Notes: generated from the sequence alone by a model not told the origin. A stretch of DNA of 64,000 bases from Methylococcales bacterium (GCA_965247565.1 CBDFHF010000003.1:196447-260446), one strand, 5' to 3'; counted from the stretch's first letter, positions 18,573 through 29,406 are shown. Made by a program: numbers and translations.

Positions 18573-19565
18573 ATGATGGATACCACTAAACAGCAGATTG
18601 TCATTTATCAAACTGAAGATGGTAAAGCGCAAATAGACGTGCAGCTTGAGCAAGAAACTGTGTGGTTGAGCCAAGCACAAATGGTTGACCTTTTTGATAG
18701 AAACAAACGTACTATTTCAGAGCATATTGGCAATATTTTTAAAGAGGGTGAGTTGCTAGAAAATTCAGTTGTCCGGAAATCCCGGACAACTGCTAGTGAC
18801 GGCAAAACATATGAGGTGACTGAATATAACCTAGATGTCGTGATATCAGTAGGTTATCGGGTTAAGTCTCAACGTGGTACGCAGTTTCGCATCTGGGCCA
18901 ATAACGTACTTAAACAGTACTTGGTGCAAGGCTATGCATTAAATGAACGCAAACTCCAAGCTGAGCAAGAAAAGCTGGATGATTTAAAGCGTACGATCGC
19001 TTTGTCATCTCGCCTACTACAAAACCAAGCATTAACACTGCAAGAATCACAATCCATATTGTTGGTGCTTGAAAAATACAGCCACGCACTCACTGTGCTG
19101 GATGATTACGACCATCAACGTTTGATGGTGGTTGGTACCAAGGCGGTGACTCGGCCCAAAATTGATTACCATGAAGCCATGGCGCAAATTCACTTATGGC
19201 GCGAGAAAGAAAAGCTTGGCGGCTTATTTGGTAACGAGAAAGATAATTCGTTTGCAAGTGCGTTAGAAACCATCTATCAAACCTTTGATGGACAAGAGCT
19301 TTACCCGAGCATAGAAGAAAAAGCCGCCAATCTGCTATATTTTATTGTTAAGAACCATGCGTTTAGCGATGGCAATAAGCGGATTGCCGCAGCGATATTT
19401 GTGTGGTTTTTAGAGCGCAATGATCACTTGTATAACGAGCTAGGCGAAAAACGCATTGCAGACAATGCGTTAGTGGCGTTTACCTTACTCATCGCAGAGA
19501 GCAAGCCTGATGAACGTGAGATGATTGTAAAAGTCATCATTAACTTAATTAACGGCAATAACTAA
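18573..19565 (+). CDS. RhuM-family N-terminal domain fused to a Fic/Doc (death-on-curing) domain
   Basis: N-terminus 'IVIYQTEDGKAQIDVQLEQETVWLSQAQMVDLF...ISEHIGNIFKEGEL...NLDVVISVGYRVKSQRGTQFRIWA' (RhuM signature); C-terminal Fic/Doc motif 'HAFSDGNKRIAAA' (HxFx(D/E)GNKR). Confidence 0.8.
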   Translation: MMDTTKQQIVIYQTEDGKAQIDVQLEQETVWLSQAQMVDLFDRNKRTISEHIGNIFKEGELLENSVVRKSRTTASDGKTYEVTEYNLDVVISVGYRVKSQRGTQFRIWANNVLKQYLVQGYALNERKLQAEQEKLDDLKRTIALSSRLLQNQALTLQESQSILLVLEKYSHALTVLDDYDHQRLMVVGTKAVTRPKIDYHEAMAQIHLWREKEKLGGLFGNEKDNSFASALETIYQTFDGQELYPSIEEKAANLLYFIVKNHAFSDGNKRIAAAIFVWFLERNDHLYNELGEKRIADNALVAFTLLIAESKPDEREMIVKVIINLINGNN

Positions 19566-22500
19566 TGGCTAAACTCACAGAATCCGAAATCGAAACCCTA
19601 GCCATTGAGCGTTTGCAAGCGCTTGGGTTTGATTATGTATATGCGCCTGAGATTGCGCCTGATTCTGCTAACCCTGAGCGTGAGAGCTTTGCCGACGTGT
19701 TATTGCTTGGCCGGTTGCGCAAGGCGGTTGCCCGCATTAACTCTGCCCTGCCCGCTGCCGCTTTAGATGAAGCCATCAAAACCATTCAACGGATTAGCTC
19801 ACCCGAGTTGTTAGCCAATAATGAAGCCTTTCACCGTTTGCTGACTGAAGGTGTGAATGTCAGCTATCAGAAAGACGGCAATACCCGTGGTGATTTGGTT
19901 TGGCTGATTGACTTCAACCATGTTGATAATAACGAGTTTATAGTGGCGAATCAGTTCACCATTATTGAAAACAACCAGAACAAGCGACCTGATTTGATTC
20001 TGTTTGTGAACGGCTTGCCGTTGGTGGTGATTGAGCTAAAAAACGCAGTTGATGAAAACGCGACGATTAAATCGGCGTATCAGCAAATCAACACCTATAA
20101 AGCCAGCATCCCCAGTTTGTTTACCTATAACGGCTTTGTGGTGTTATCTGATGGACATGAAGCGAAAGTGGGCAGTATTTCGGCGGGGTATACTCGCTTT
20201 ATGGCCTGGAAAACAGCGGATGGTAAAAGTGAAGCTTCTCGTCTAGTTCCGCAATTAGAAACGCTGATTGACGGCATGTTAAATAAAACCACGCTGATCG
20301 ATTTAATCCGCCATTTTATTGTGTTTGAAAAATCTTCTAAAGAAGACCCTAGCACCAAACAGATTAGCATTAGCACGGTTAAAAAGTTGGCGGCTTATCA
20401 CCAATATTATGCAGTGAATGCGGCGGTCATCTCTACGTTAAGAGCCAGTGCAGAAGTCAGTAGTGTCGCTCAAGCCCCGGCCAGTTATGGTTTGAGTGAT
20501 GTGCGCAGCCAACCTAAAGGCGATCGCAAAGCCGGTGTAGTCTGGCATACCCAAGGCAGTGGTAAATCGCTCAGCATGGTGTTTTATACCGGCAAGATTG
20601 TGTTGGCGTTGGATAATCCCACCATTGTAGTGATTACGGACCGTAACGACTTGGATGATCAATTGTTTGATACTTTTGCCGCTTCCAGCCAACTGTTACG
20701 CCAAGAACCTAAGCAGGTAGAAGATCGGCAGCATCTTAAAAAGTTGTTAAAAGTGGGCTCAGGTGGGGTAATTTTCACCACCATCCAGAAATTTCAACCT
20801 GAGGAAGGTAATGTTTATGAAACTTTATCTGAACGCCAGAATATTGTGGTGATTGCTGATGAAGCCCACCGCACCCAATATGGCTTTAAGGCAAAAACGG
20901 TAGACGATAAAAACGCAGCAGGTGAAGTGATCGGGCAAAAAATTGTCTATGGATTTGCTAAGTACATGCGTGATGCCCTGCCCAATGCCACTTACTTGGG
21001 CTTTACCGGCACACCCATTGAAAGCACTGATGTCAACACGCCTGCAGTGTTTGGTAATTATGTAGATATATATGATATTGCCCAAGCGGTTGAAGATGGT
21101 GCGACAGTACGAATTTATTACGAAAGCCGACTAGCAAAAGTTAACCTGAGCGACGCAGGCAAACAGCTGATTGCTGAATTGGATGAGGAACTGGAGCTTG
21201 AAACTCAGGATGTCGCCTCTCAACCGAAAGATGCCGAAAAAGCCAAAGCCCGCTGGACGCAGGTAGAAGCGTTGATCGGTAGTGAGAAACGTGTGCAAAA
21301 CATTGCACAAGATATAGTGAACCACTTTATGCGGCGCCAGGAAGTCTTTGCTGGAAAAGGCATGGTTGTGAGCATGTCGCGCCGCATTGCTGCCGCGCTG
21401 TACGATGAAATGATCAAGCTAAAGCCCGATTGGCATTCGGATGATTTGAGTCGTGGCACAATTAAGGTGGTGATGACAGCAGCATCAAGCGATGGCCCAC
21501 AACTGATGAAGCATCATACTACCAAGCAACAGCGCCGTACTCTGGCTGAGCGCATGAAAGACCCACAAGACGAACTAAAATTGGTCATTGTGCGAGATAT
21601 GTGGCTGACGGGTTTTGATGCGCCCAGCATGCACACGCTTTATATTGATAAACCCATGCAAGGCCATAATCTGATGCAAGCCATTGCACGCGTAAACCGG
21701 GTTTATGGTGATAAACCGGCAGGATTGGTGGTGGATTATTTAGGTATTGCGGCGGATTTAAAAAAGGCCTTGTCATTTTATTCCGACGCAGGCGGTAAAG
21801 GCGACCCCGCTGAAGCGCAAGAACAAGCGGTCGCTTTGATGCTGGAAAAACTGGAAGTAGTCTCGAATATGTACCACGGCTTTGCCTATGAAAACTACTT
21901 TGAAGCGGATACGTCTAAAAAACTCTCGCTCATTTTGGCGGCTGAAGAACATATCTTGGGCCTGCAAGATGGCAAAAAGCGTTACCTGAATGAAGTGGCG
22001 GCGTTATCACTGGCTTTTGCTATTGCCATCCCGCATGAACAAGCTATGGACGTGAAGGATGAAGTGGCTTTTTTTCAGGCTGTGAAAGCGCGCTTGGCCA
22101 AATTTGACAGCGTTGGCAATGAAAACTCTGATGTGGAAATCGAAACCACCATTCGGCAGGTGATTGACCAAGCTCTGATTTCAGAACAAGTCATTGACGT
22201 GTTTGATGCGGCAGGCATTAAAAAACCGGATATTTCCATTTTAAGCGATGAGTTTTTGCAAGAACTAAAAAATCATGAACATAAAAATATCGCGCTGGAA
22301 GTACTGAAAAAACTGTTAAATGATGAGTTGAGAGTTCGTACTAAAAAAAATCTGGTGCAAAGCCGAAGTTTGATGGAAATGCTGGAAAATGCCATCAAAA
22401 AATATCAAAACAAAATACTGACCGCCGCTGAAATAATGGATGAGCTGATCCGCATCAGTAAAGAAATGGTCGCGTCTGATAACGAAGCCCGAAATATGGG

Positions 22501-22804
22501 CTTGAGTGAATTTGAATATGCGTTTTATACCGCTGTAGCCAATAACGATAGCGCAAAACAGCTCATGCAACATGAGCAACTACGGGCATTGGCTGTGGTA
22601 CTTACCCAAAAAGTGCGCGAAAACGCCACGATTGACTGGACAATTAAGGAAAGTGTAAAAGCTAAATTGAAAGTCATTGTTAAACGCACTTTGCGCCAGT
22701 TCGGTTATCCACCCGATATGCAGTTACTGGCCACTGAAACGGTCCTTAAGCAAGCAGAACTGATTGCCAATGAATTGATCCAACCTACCCGTTCGCTCAG
22801 TTAA
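19565..22804 (+). CDS. hsdR: Type I restriction enzyme R subunit HsdR (SF2 helicase/endonuclease)
   Basis: 1079 aa; N-terminal PD-(D/E)xK nuclease region; helicase motifs (Walker A 'TQGSGKS', DEAH box 'VIADEAHRTQYG'); C-terminal helical domain; ATG overlaps the upstream stop (TAATG). Confidence 0.9.
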   Translation: MAKLTESEIETLAIERLQALGFDYVYAPEIAPDSANPERESFADVLLLGRLRKAVARINSALPAAALDEAIKTIQRISSPELLANNEAFHRLLTEGVNVSYQKDGNTRGDLVWLIDFNHVDNNEFIVANQFTIIENNQNKRPDLILFVNGLPLVVIELKNAVDENATIKSAYQQINTYKASIPSLFTYNGFVVLSDGHEAKVGSISAGYTRFMAWKTADGKSEASRLVPQLETLIDGMLNKTTLIDLIRHFIVFEKSSKEDPSTKQISISTVKKLAAYHQYYAVNAAVISTLRASAEVSSVAQAPASYGLSDVRSQPKGDRKAGVVWHTQGSGKSLSMVFYTGKIVLALDNPTIVVITDRNDLDDQLFDTFAASSQLLRQEPKQVEDRQHLKKLLKVGSGGVIFTTIQKFQPEEGNVYETLSERQNIVVIADEAHRTQYGFKAKTVDDKNAAGEVIGQKIVYGFAKYMRDALPNATYLGFTGTPIESTDVNTPAVFGNYVDIYDIAQAVEDGATVRIYYESRLAKVNLSDAGKQLIAELDEELELETQDVASQPKDAEKAKARWTQVEALIGSEKRVQNIAQDIVNHFMRRQEVFAGKGMVVSMSRRIAAALYDEMIKLKPDWHSDDLSRGTIKVVMTAASSDGPQLMKHHTTKQQRRTLAERMKDPQDELKLVIVRDMWLTGFDAPSMHTLYIDKPMQGHNLMQAIARVNRVYGDKPAGLVVDYLGIAADLKKALSFYSDAGGKGDPAEAQEQAVALMLEKLEVVSNMYHGFAYENYFEADTSKKLSLILAAEEHILGLQDGKKRYLNEVAALSLAFAIAIPHEQAMDVKDEVAFFQAVKARLAKFDSVGNENSDVEIETTIRQVIDQALISEQVIDVFDAAGIKKPDISILSDEFLQELKNHEHKNIALEVLKKLLNDELRVRTKKNLVQSRSLMEMLENAIKKYQNKILTAAEIMDELIRISKEMVASDNEARNMGLSEFEYAFYTAVANNDSAKQLMQHEQLRALAVVLTQKVRENATIDWTIKESVKAKLKVIVKRTLRQFGYPPDMQLLATETVLKQAELIANELIQPTRSLS

Positions 22805-23018
22805 AAGAATCGTGGATTTGCGAAGCGCTTAGAATGCATGATCGCTGACTAGTGATTTGACCTTATAAAGTATCAAACTTTCCTTTGGCTACGTTCAGGA
22901 AACACAGCCGTAACAAGCCCAGAGCGAAGTAACAATAAGGTATCCTTGGCGAAGTCGGGGAGTAGCCCAACGACTTGAAATATTAAAAGATCGGATCTAT
23001 AACCCGTCAATTCTTCTT

Positions 23019-24626
23019 ATGAATACCCCATACAAATTAACTCACCTTGATCAATTAAGCTTCGATAACCGATTTGTACAGGAGCTTCCTGGCGATTCTG
23101 AAACCACAAACCAGCGTCGACAAGTCTTTTCCGCTTGTTACTCAAGAGTTACACCTACCAAAGTCATAAAGCCACAAACTGTTGCTTACGCCAAAGAAGT
23201 TGCGGCATTGTTAGACTTGCAGGAAGAAGTGTGTAGTTCGGACGATTTTGCGCAAGTTTTTACCGGCAATCGGCTTGTCACTGGCATGGACAGTTATGCG
23301 ATGTGTTATGGCGGTCATCAATTCGGTAACTGGGCGGGGCAGCTTGGTGATGGTAGAGCCATAAACTTGGGTGAAATTATTAATCAAAAGGGCGAACATT
23401 GGACCTTGCAGTTAAAAGGTGCGGGGCTTACTCCCTACTCCCGAAATGCCGATGGTTTAGCAGTGTTGCGTTCTTCGGTACGCGAATTTTTATGCAGCGA
23501 GGCGATGTACCATCTGGGCATTCCTACCACTCGCGCCTTAAGCCTGACATTGACCGGCGAGCAGGTTATCCGCGACATGTTTTATAACGGCAATCCGAAA
23601 GCGGAACCGGGTGCGGTGGTGTGCCGAGTGGCGCCCTCATTTACTCGGTTTGGAAATTTTCAAATCTTCGCCGCCCGTCAGGATATTAAAGTATTGCGGC
23701 AATTAGTAGATTTCACTATTCGTTCAGATTTTCCTAAACTGGGCGAGCCATCGGTAAAAACATATATAAGCTGGTTTATCGAAGTATGCCGACGCACTGC
23801 TGAAATGATTGTGCATTGGCAACGCGTTGGCTTCGTGCATGGCGTTATGAATACCGACAATATGTCCATACTGGGTTTAACTATCGACTATGGCCCGTAT
23901 GGGTGGCTGGAGAATTATGATCCGCAGTGGACACCAAATACCACCGATGCAGAAGAACGACGTTATCGTTTTGGCAATCAACCACAAATAGCTTTTTGGA
24001 ATCTGGGTCAGTTGGCCAATGCTATTTATCCATTGATCGAACAGACCGAACCCTTGCAAGCAGCCATGAACGTTTATGTATCGACTTTTGAACAGGGCTG
24101 GCAAAACATGATGGCGGCAAAGTTAGGCTTGGCAACATTTAAGCCGGACTTTGATGATAGTTTATGTGCCGAGTTGTTTGAACTGTTGCAAGGGCTGGAA
24201 ACCGATATGACCCTCTTTTTTCGCAAACTGGCATTAGTCGATACGAGCTTGGCTGGCAATGATGATGCGTTAATAGCGCCTCTGCTGGATGCTTATTATC
24301 AACCTGAGCAACTTACGGCTGAAAACAAAGGTCGGATCGCCGCCTGGATAAAAAAATACGGCGAACGAGTGCAGTCAGATAATGAGGCAGATGAAGTCCG
24401 TCGATCCAGAATGAACGCGGTCAATCCTAACTATGTGTTAAGAAACTATTTGGCGCAACTGGCTATTGATGCCGCTGAACAAGGTGATTTTACAATGATT
24501 AGTGACTTGTTAGAGCTGTTGCGCCACCCATACGATGAACAACCGGGTAACGAAAAATTTGCCCAAAAACGTCCAGAATGGGCACGACAACGCGCGGGAT
24601 GCTCTATGTTGTCTTGCAGTTCGTAA
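23019..24626 (+). CDS. selO: Protein adenylyltransferase SelO (YdiU/UPF0061 family)
   Basis: 'YGGHQFGNWAGQLGDGRAINLGE' and 'GVMNTDNMSILGLTIDYGPYGW' are hallmark SelO segments; C-terminus ends in a Cys-rich 'GCSMLSCSS'. Confidence 0.85.
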   Translation: MNTPYKLTHLDQLSFDNRFVQELPGDSETTNQRRQVFSACYSRVTPTKVIKPQTVAYAKEVAALLDLQEEVCSSDDFAQVFTGNRLVTGMDSYAMCYGGHQFGNWAGQLGDGRAINLGEIINQKGEHWTLQLKGAGLTPYSRNADGLAVLRSSVREFLCSEAMYHLGIPTTRALSLTLTGEQVIRDMFYNGNPKAEPGAVVCRVAPSFTRFGNFQIFAARQDIKVLRQLVDFTIRSDFPKLGEPSVKTYISWFIEVCRRTAEMIVHWQRVGFVHGVMNTDNMSILGLTIDYGPYGWLENYDPQWTPNTTDAEERRYRFGNQPQIAFWNLGQLANAIYPLIEQTEPLQAAMNVYVSTFEQGWQNMMAAKLGLATFKPDFDDSLCAELFELLQGLETDMTLFFRKLALVDTSLAGNDDALIAPLLDAYYQPEQLTAENKGRIAAWIKKYGERVQSDNEADEVRRSRMNAVNPNYVLRNYLAQLAIDAAEQGDFTMISDLLELLRHPYDEQPGNEKFAQKRPEWARQRAGCSMLSCSS

Positions 24627-25141
24627 TAGCACTGACAACAACACCTGACATGGCTTGCAAATGTCATGACAGCGCTGTCATAAGCAAATCGCAGGAGATA
24701 CCATCAGACCGCTTTTATGCGAGCACTTACTCTCTCGTAAAGAAAAAAACTAAAAAAATATTGCGCTTGCAAAAGTACAGCAAACATACCCATCACAGCA
24801 CGACACCGCTATTCTTAATGCTTTATAACAAATTGATTTATATCAATTTAAATATACACATTAGTTTTACAACCCGTTATTCAGCCAATGCTATCGCCGA
24901 ATAAATCACCATAATCCTCGTTAAACCTAAGCAGCATTAACAATCAAATCTGAAGTTGGCATAGTGGATGCTTATATCATTATGTCACTCCAACTTCGGT
25001 AAAGATGACTTATTAATTGCCACACCTGCCGCGAGGCAGGGCCGGAAAGCGTCGGGTCTCTACAAAAAATTTAGAGACGGCTGAGTTGCATTAACCGCGG
25101 AATGATCCGCGATAAGTAATCCAATTAATAGAGATAATATT

Positions 25142-25813
25142 ATGAAAAATGTTTTTGCTTTAACTGTACTTTCATCAAGCATGTTGTTTGCCTCACAATC
25201 TTTTGCGGCACCTGTTTTTGTAAGTATTGATGATTTTAATGCCGGTGCGCAATCAATCAGTGACAATACTGCAAACGGTCTTGCTGTAACTGATAGCAAC
25301 GCGATTCGTACCATTTCATCTAACATGCTTACTGCAGTGCCACCTGTTGGCAACACTTTTGATGTTACTGGTGTAAATCCAGGAGGTTTTGTGGACATCA
25401 CGAATGGTAATAATGATGACTCTGAAGCGACGATCTCATGGGCCTTGGCCGGTGGATTGCTGCCTTCAACAGCCACCAGTGCCTCTCTGATGTTTACAAT
25501 ACTAGCAACAGATGGCAACCCAACAAATTTGGCTTTCACTTTTAACGGAAATCCATTTGGCGCTGTTAACGTTCCTGGCAACACGTCGGATATGGACATA
25601 CCCATTAGTTTAACGGCTACTCAAGTTGCACAAGTAAACGCAGGTGGTTTGCTTAAACTGATAATCAATGGTGCGCCGGGTTGGGATCTGTCGATGGATA
25701 ACCTAGGTTTTAGTTATGAACCAGCCGCCAACGCTGTACCAGAACCAGCAAGCTTAGCTTTGATTGCAGCGGGCCTAGCCGGGTTTGGTTTTCGTAAAAA
25801 ACAGCAAGCATAA
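25142..25813 (+). CDS. PEP-CTERM sorting-domain exported protein
   Basis: Signal peptide; C-terminal 'VPEPASLALIAAGLAGFGFRKKQQA' (PEP motif + TM + basic tail); followed by an intrinsic terminator. Confidence 0.8.
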   Translation: MKNVFALTVLSSSMLFASQSFAAPVFVSIDDFNAGAQSISDNTANGLAVTDSNAIRTISSNMLTAVPPVGNTFDVTGVNPGGFVDITNGNNDDSEATISWALAGGLLPSTATSASLMFTILATDGNPTNLAFTFNGNPFGAVNVPGNTSDMDIPISLTATQVAQVNAGGLLKLIINGAPGWDLSMDNLGFSYEPAANAVPEPASLALIAAGLAGFGFRKKQQA

Positions 25814-25839
25814 TTCTGGTTTTTTCCAGACTTTTAATA

Positions 25840-25863
25840 CCGCTCTTCGGAGCGGTTTTTTTT
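25840..25863 (+). terminator. Rho-independent terminator after the PEP-CTERM gene
   Basis: 'ccgctc ttcg gagcgg' stem-loop followed by T8. Confidence 0.8.
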
Positions 25864-25930
25864 GTCTAAAAAATCGTAATTAACCACCACGAACAGCTTA
25901 AGGCACATATCTCTAATAAATAAGTTCTCA

Positions 25931-25972
25931 ACCTCATGGCTTACGCTAACTACAGATGCTTAAGCCATGAGG
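25931..25972. repeat. Strong 13-bp-stem hairpin in a convergent intergenic region
   Basis: 'acctcatggctta...taagccatgaggt' with a 17-nt loop; no U-tract on either strand. Confidence 0.5.
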
Positions 25973-26051
25973 TAATAAATTAAGCTTTTCCGCTGCCGAC
26001 AATCCCGCTAGTAGCCACGAACAGCAATCGGTTCAACTTAATCGATTCTTG

Positions 26052-27524
26052 CTATCGCCGCCCACCCAACAATGACCCTAAAAGCCCTCTGACAATCTGC
26101 CGCCCCACATTACTGCCGATGGCGCGGGCAGCACTTTTGAGCAGGGCTTCAGTGGCTGATTGCCTGCCGCTGGATTTGCTCGCGTTTTCTTTGGCTTCTT
26201 GCTTTTGTTCTTTTAGCTCGGATTGTTCGTTGGCCTGTTGTGCAGTTTTTTGTTTGAGCAACTCGTAAGCAGACTCTCTATCAATTTCCTGCTCATATTT
26301 GCTGTTTAATGGCGAACGCCCGATCATATCGGTGCGCTGTTGATCTGTGACCGGACCGAGTTGCGATTCTGGTGGACGTATTAGGATGCGTTCAACCGGC
26401 GCTGGACTGCCGTCTTTATTCAATACCGACACCAATGCTTCGCCATTTTTTAAATCCTGGATAGCGGCTTCGGTGTCGATTTTAGGATTCGCCCTGAAAG
26501 TGCCAGCCACACTTTTAACTACTTGCTGGTCTTTTGGTGTATAGGCACGCAAGGCATGCTGAATCTTAAGACCTAACTGACCCAAAATGCCTTCTGGAAT
26601 ATCTAGTGGGCTTTGGCTGATAAAGTAAACGCCCACACCTTTCGAGCGAATCAAGCGTACGATTTGCTCGATTTTATCGAGCAAAGCTTTCGGTGCTTGG
26701 TCGAACAGTAAATGCGCTTCGTCGAAAAACAATACTAACTTTGGACGATCAGCATCACCGACTTCAGGTAAGTTTTCAAATAATTCAGATAGCAACCATA
26801 ATAAAAAGGTTGCGTATAAGCGCGGCGATTTGCTGGTTAAATCGGTCGCATCAAGAATACTGATTACGCCTTGTCCAGAAAAATCGGTTTTGCATAAATC
26901 TGTCAGTTCCAGAGCGGGTTCACCAAAAAAGTTCTCTGCGCCCTGCTCTTCCAGTACCAGCAATTGGCGCTGAATTGCGCCGATACTAGCAGGGGCAATA
27001 TTGCCATATTCTGATTGTAATTCTTTGGCGGCATCGCCTATCCAATTCAGCATTGCGCGCAAATCTTTTAAATCCAGCAACAACATGCCATTGTCATCCG
27101 CGACTTTAAAGCAACTGTAAAGTACACCACTTTGGGTATCGTTTAATTCCAACAGGTTGCTGAGTAACAAGGGTCCCATGTCTGAAATTGTTGTGCGTAC
27201 AGGGTGGCCGGTTTTAGCAAAAATATCCCAAAATACCGCCGGATTACCACGATGCTGAAAGCCCTCAATGCCGATATTTTTAATGCGTTCGGAAATTTTA
27301 TCATTCGCCTGTCCGGCCATTGCAATACCAGACAAGTCGCCCTTTATATCAGCCAAAAATACCGGCACACCAATTTTAGAATAACCTTCAGCCAGAATTT
27401 GCAAGGTAATTGTTTTACCCGTTCCAGTCGCGCCTGAAATCATTCCATGACGGTTGCCCATGGCTGCATCCATGATGACTTTTGCGCCATTTTGCCCACC
27501 AATTAAAAGTTCCTGCATTATCAA
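26052..27524 (-). CDS. DUF853 / YjgR-like P-loop NTPase (HerA/FtsK-like fold)
   Basis: Walker A 'GATGTGKT', Walker B 'LVLFFDEAH'; 490 aa; low-complexity basic/acidic C-terminal tail. Confidence 0.7.
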   Translation of the reverse strand: MIMQELLIGGQNGAKVIMDAAMGNRHGMISGATGTGKTITLQILAEGYSKIGVPVFLADIKGDLSGIAMAGQANDKISERIKNIGIEGFQHRGNPAVFWDIFAKTGHPVRTTISDMGPLLLSNLLELNDTQSGVLYSCFKVADDNGMLLLDLKDLRAMLNWIGDAAKELQSEYGNIAPASIGAIQRQLLVLEEQGAENFFGEPALELTDLCKTDFSGQGVISILDATDLTSKSPRLYATFLLWLLSELFENLPEVGDADRPKLVLFFDEAHLLFDQAPKALLDKIEQIVRLIRSKGVGVYFISQSPLDIPEGILGQLGLKIQHALRAYTPKDQQVVKSVAGTFRANPKIDTEAAIQDLKNGEALVSVLNKDGSPAPVERILIRPPESQLGPVTDQQRTDMIGRSPLNSKYEQEIDRESAYELLKQKTAQQANEQSELKEQKQEAKENASKSSGRQSATEALLKSAARAIGSNVGRQIVRGLLGSLLGGRR

Positions 27525-27667
27525 TACTCCAAAAAAATAAACATTCGCATCGTAGCATAGCGTACACCTGCAAGAAAGCTAAGCGTCTTAAAATTAAAGG
27601 GTGTTTTGTGCTGTAGATTTTATAAAAGATTTTTATGTCTGAGAGGTTAAGCGCTACAGTTTTTAAT

Positions 27668-29272
27668 CTACTGAGTTTGAAAACTGGTAAAGCTCAATCC
27701 AAAGCGTTGTAAATAAACTTTTAACCGATGTGTATCATTACTGCTAGTTTTGTTTTGGCGTGACGCATTGAACAACATGCGACCTGCTTCCGCCATGTTT
27801 TTACTTTTCTCACAGATATTCATAACGACGTCAAGTTGTGCTTGATCGAATAAATCTATTTCATTTATTTGTTCTGAGCTTAAGTACTTTTGCAGATGCG
27901 ATTGATCGGGTTGGTGCTCGGGTTCAAAGCCTTGCCAATCGCTCAGCAGCCTTATAGTTTCAGCATGTACAATTTCATCATTGATACGACCACCTTCAGC
28001 TAAAGTCGCCATGCGTATCATACTGGCGTTTAGGTCTCTAAAATTAGCGCGCCATTGCGCTGGGGTCGAATGGCCGAATTTTAGATATTGCGCCAATGCG
28101 GATTGGTTAAAGCTGACTTTATGCCCTAAAACGCTGGTGATTTTTTGTAGTTCGAATTGAATGTTAGGTTCAAGATCTTCAATTCTGTCTTTTAGCGATG
28201 GTAATTCATACGTCCATAAATTAATCCGAGCAAGTAAATCTTCTCTGAATTTACCGTTTTTAACTTGATCATGCAGTCGCTGATTTGTGCCTGCGATCAG
28301 TTGAAAATTACTGCTGACTTCTTTATCGCTGCCCAGTGGGGTAAATACTTTATCTTCAATCGCACGCAGCAACATGGCTTGTTCATCTAAACCGAGCTCG
28401 CCGATTTCATCCAAAAACAACAGACCTTGGTGCGCTTCGCGCAATAATCCGGCGCGATCATGCATTGCACCTGTAAATGCACCTTTGACGTGGCCAAACA
28501 GCGTGCTCATGGCGTTGTCGCCACGCAAAGTGGCACAATTCACTTCCACCAATTTACCTGTCACTTGTCCACGTTGTTTTTTGAGAGTGTAAACCCGTTT
28601 GGCAAGACGGGTTTTTCCAGCGCCGGTCGGTCCTGTTAGCAATATCGGCGCGAAAGATTTAATGGCAACTTGCTCGATTTGTTCAATCATGCGGTTAAAG
28701 CTGGTGTTACGCGTATTGATGCCATCCTTTAAATACTCATTTGCCGCCAACGACTCAACTGCAAATCTTGAAGCAATTTGATCGTACTGAGATAGATCTA
28801 AATCAATAATTTGCATTGTACCTAACAAGGCATTCGGTTCACCTTGCTTGACGGGCGATGTTTGTAACAACTTGCCAGGTAAATAGCGGGCTTCTGTTAA
28901 CAAAAATAAGCAGATTTGTGCCACATGCGTGCCGGTGGTGATGTGCACATAATAATTTTCATGCTCATTATCAAAGGTCTGCTGGGTAGAAAAAGCATAA
29001 AGCTGACTGTATACCCCTTCAAAATCCCACGGATTTTGGTAATTCACCTCAAAAAGCGTCACTTCCGTGTTTGGTGATAACTCGCGCATGTCCTGAGCGG
29101 TGATTTCAGCGAGTTGCTTTTCATCGACATGATGAATGAGTACAAAGCGCGAAACCACGAAATTCGGCTGCATCAGAATGGAAACGCTAGGTCGCCAACG
29201 ACTCAAACGACCTTTACCTAAACCGCCGTGATCAAGCCGGGAACCTAAAATGCCAATTACAACATTATTCAT
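27668..29272 (-). CDS. rtcR: Sigma-54-dependent regulator RtcR (N-terminal CARF domain, AAA+ domain, C-terminal HTH)
   Basis: N-terminus 'VVIGILGSRLD...' RtcR-type CARF; 'LLTGPTGAGKT', 'GAFTGA', 'DEIGEL' sigma-54 AAA+ motifs; divergent from rtcB. Confidence 0.85.
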   Translation of the reverse strand: MNNVVIGILGSRLDHGGLGKGRLSRWRPSVSILMQPNFVVSRFVLIHHVDEKQLAEITAQDMRELSPNTEVTLFEVNYQNPWDFEGVYSQLYAFSTQQTFDNEHENYYVHITTGTHVAQICLFLLTEARYLPGKLLQTSPVKQGEPNALLGTMQIIDLDLSQYDQIASRFAVESLAANEYLKDGINTRNTSFNRMIEQIEQVAIKSFAPILLTGPTGAGKTRLAKRVYTLKKQRGQVTGKLVEVNCATLRGDNAMSTLFGHVKGAFTGAMHDRAGLLREAHQGLLFLDEIGELGLDEQAMLLRAIEDKVFTPLGSDKEVSSNFQLIAGTNQRLHDQVKNGKFREDLLARINLWTYELPSLKDRIEDLEPNIQFELQKITSVLGHKVSFNQSALAQYLKFGHSTPAQWRANFRDLNASMIRMATLAEGGRINDEIVHAETIRLLSDWQGFEPEHQPDQSHLQKYLSSEQINEIDLFDQAQLDVVMNICEKSKNMAEAGRMLFNASRQNKTSSNDTHRLKVYLQRFGLSFTSFQTQ

Positions 29273-29406
29273 ATAGATAAATTACTATTTATTAAGATAT
29301 TTTTTATTGTAATTTAAAAATGCATAACATTACCAGGGCAATTGAATATCCAAATAAAAATATTAAATATCATTAAGTTAAAGTTTAAGTTAATTGATAT
29401 TTAATG

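Noticed and set aside
22805-23018. Looked for a terminator or att site after hsdR
   Set aside because: No convincing hairpin plus U-tract and no direct repeat matching the tRNA fragments was found by eye.
24578-24904. 108-aa ORF at the selO 3' end / AT-rich leader
   Set aside because: It overlaps the selO stop, continues into an AT-rich, low-complexity region, and has no RBS; more likely the promoter or leader of the PEP-CTERM gene.
25060-25605. 181-aa ORF antisense to the PEP-CTERM gene
   Set aside because: It is fully contained antisense within a better-supported gene that has a signal peptide and sorting motif; it is a frame shadow.
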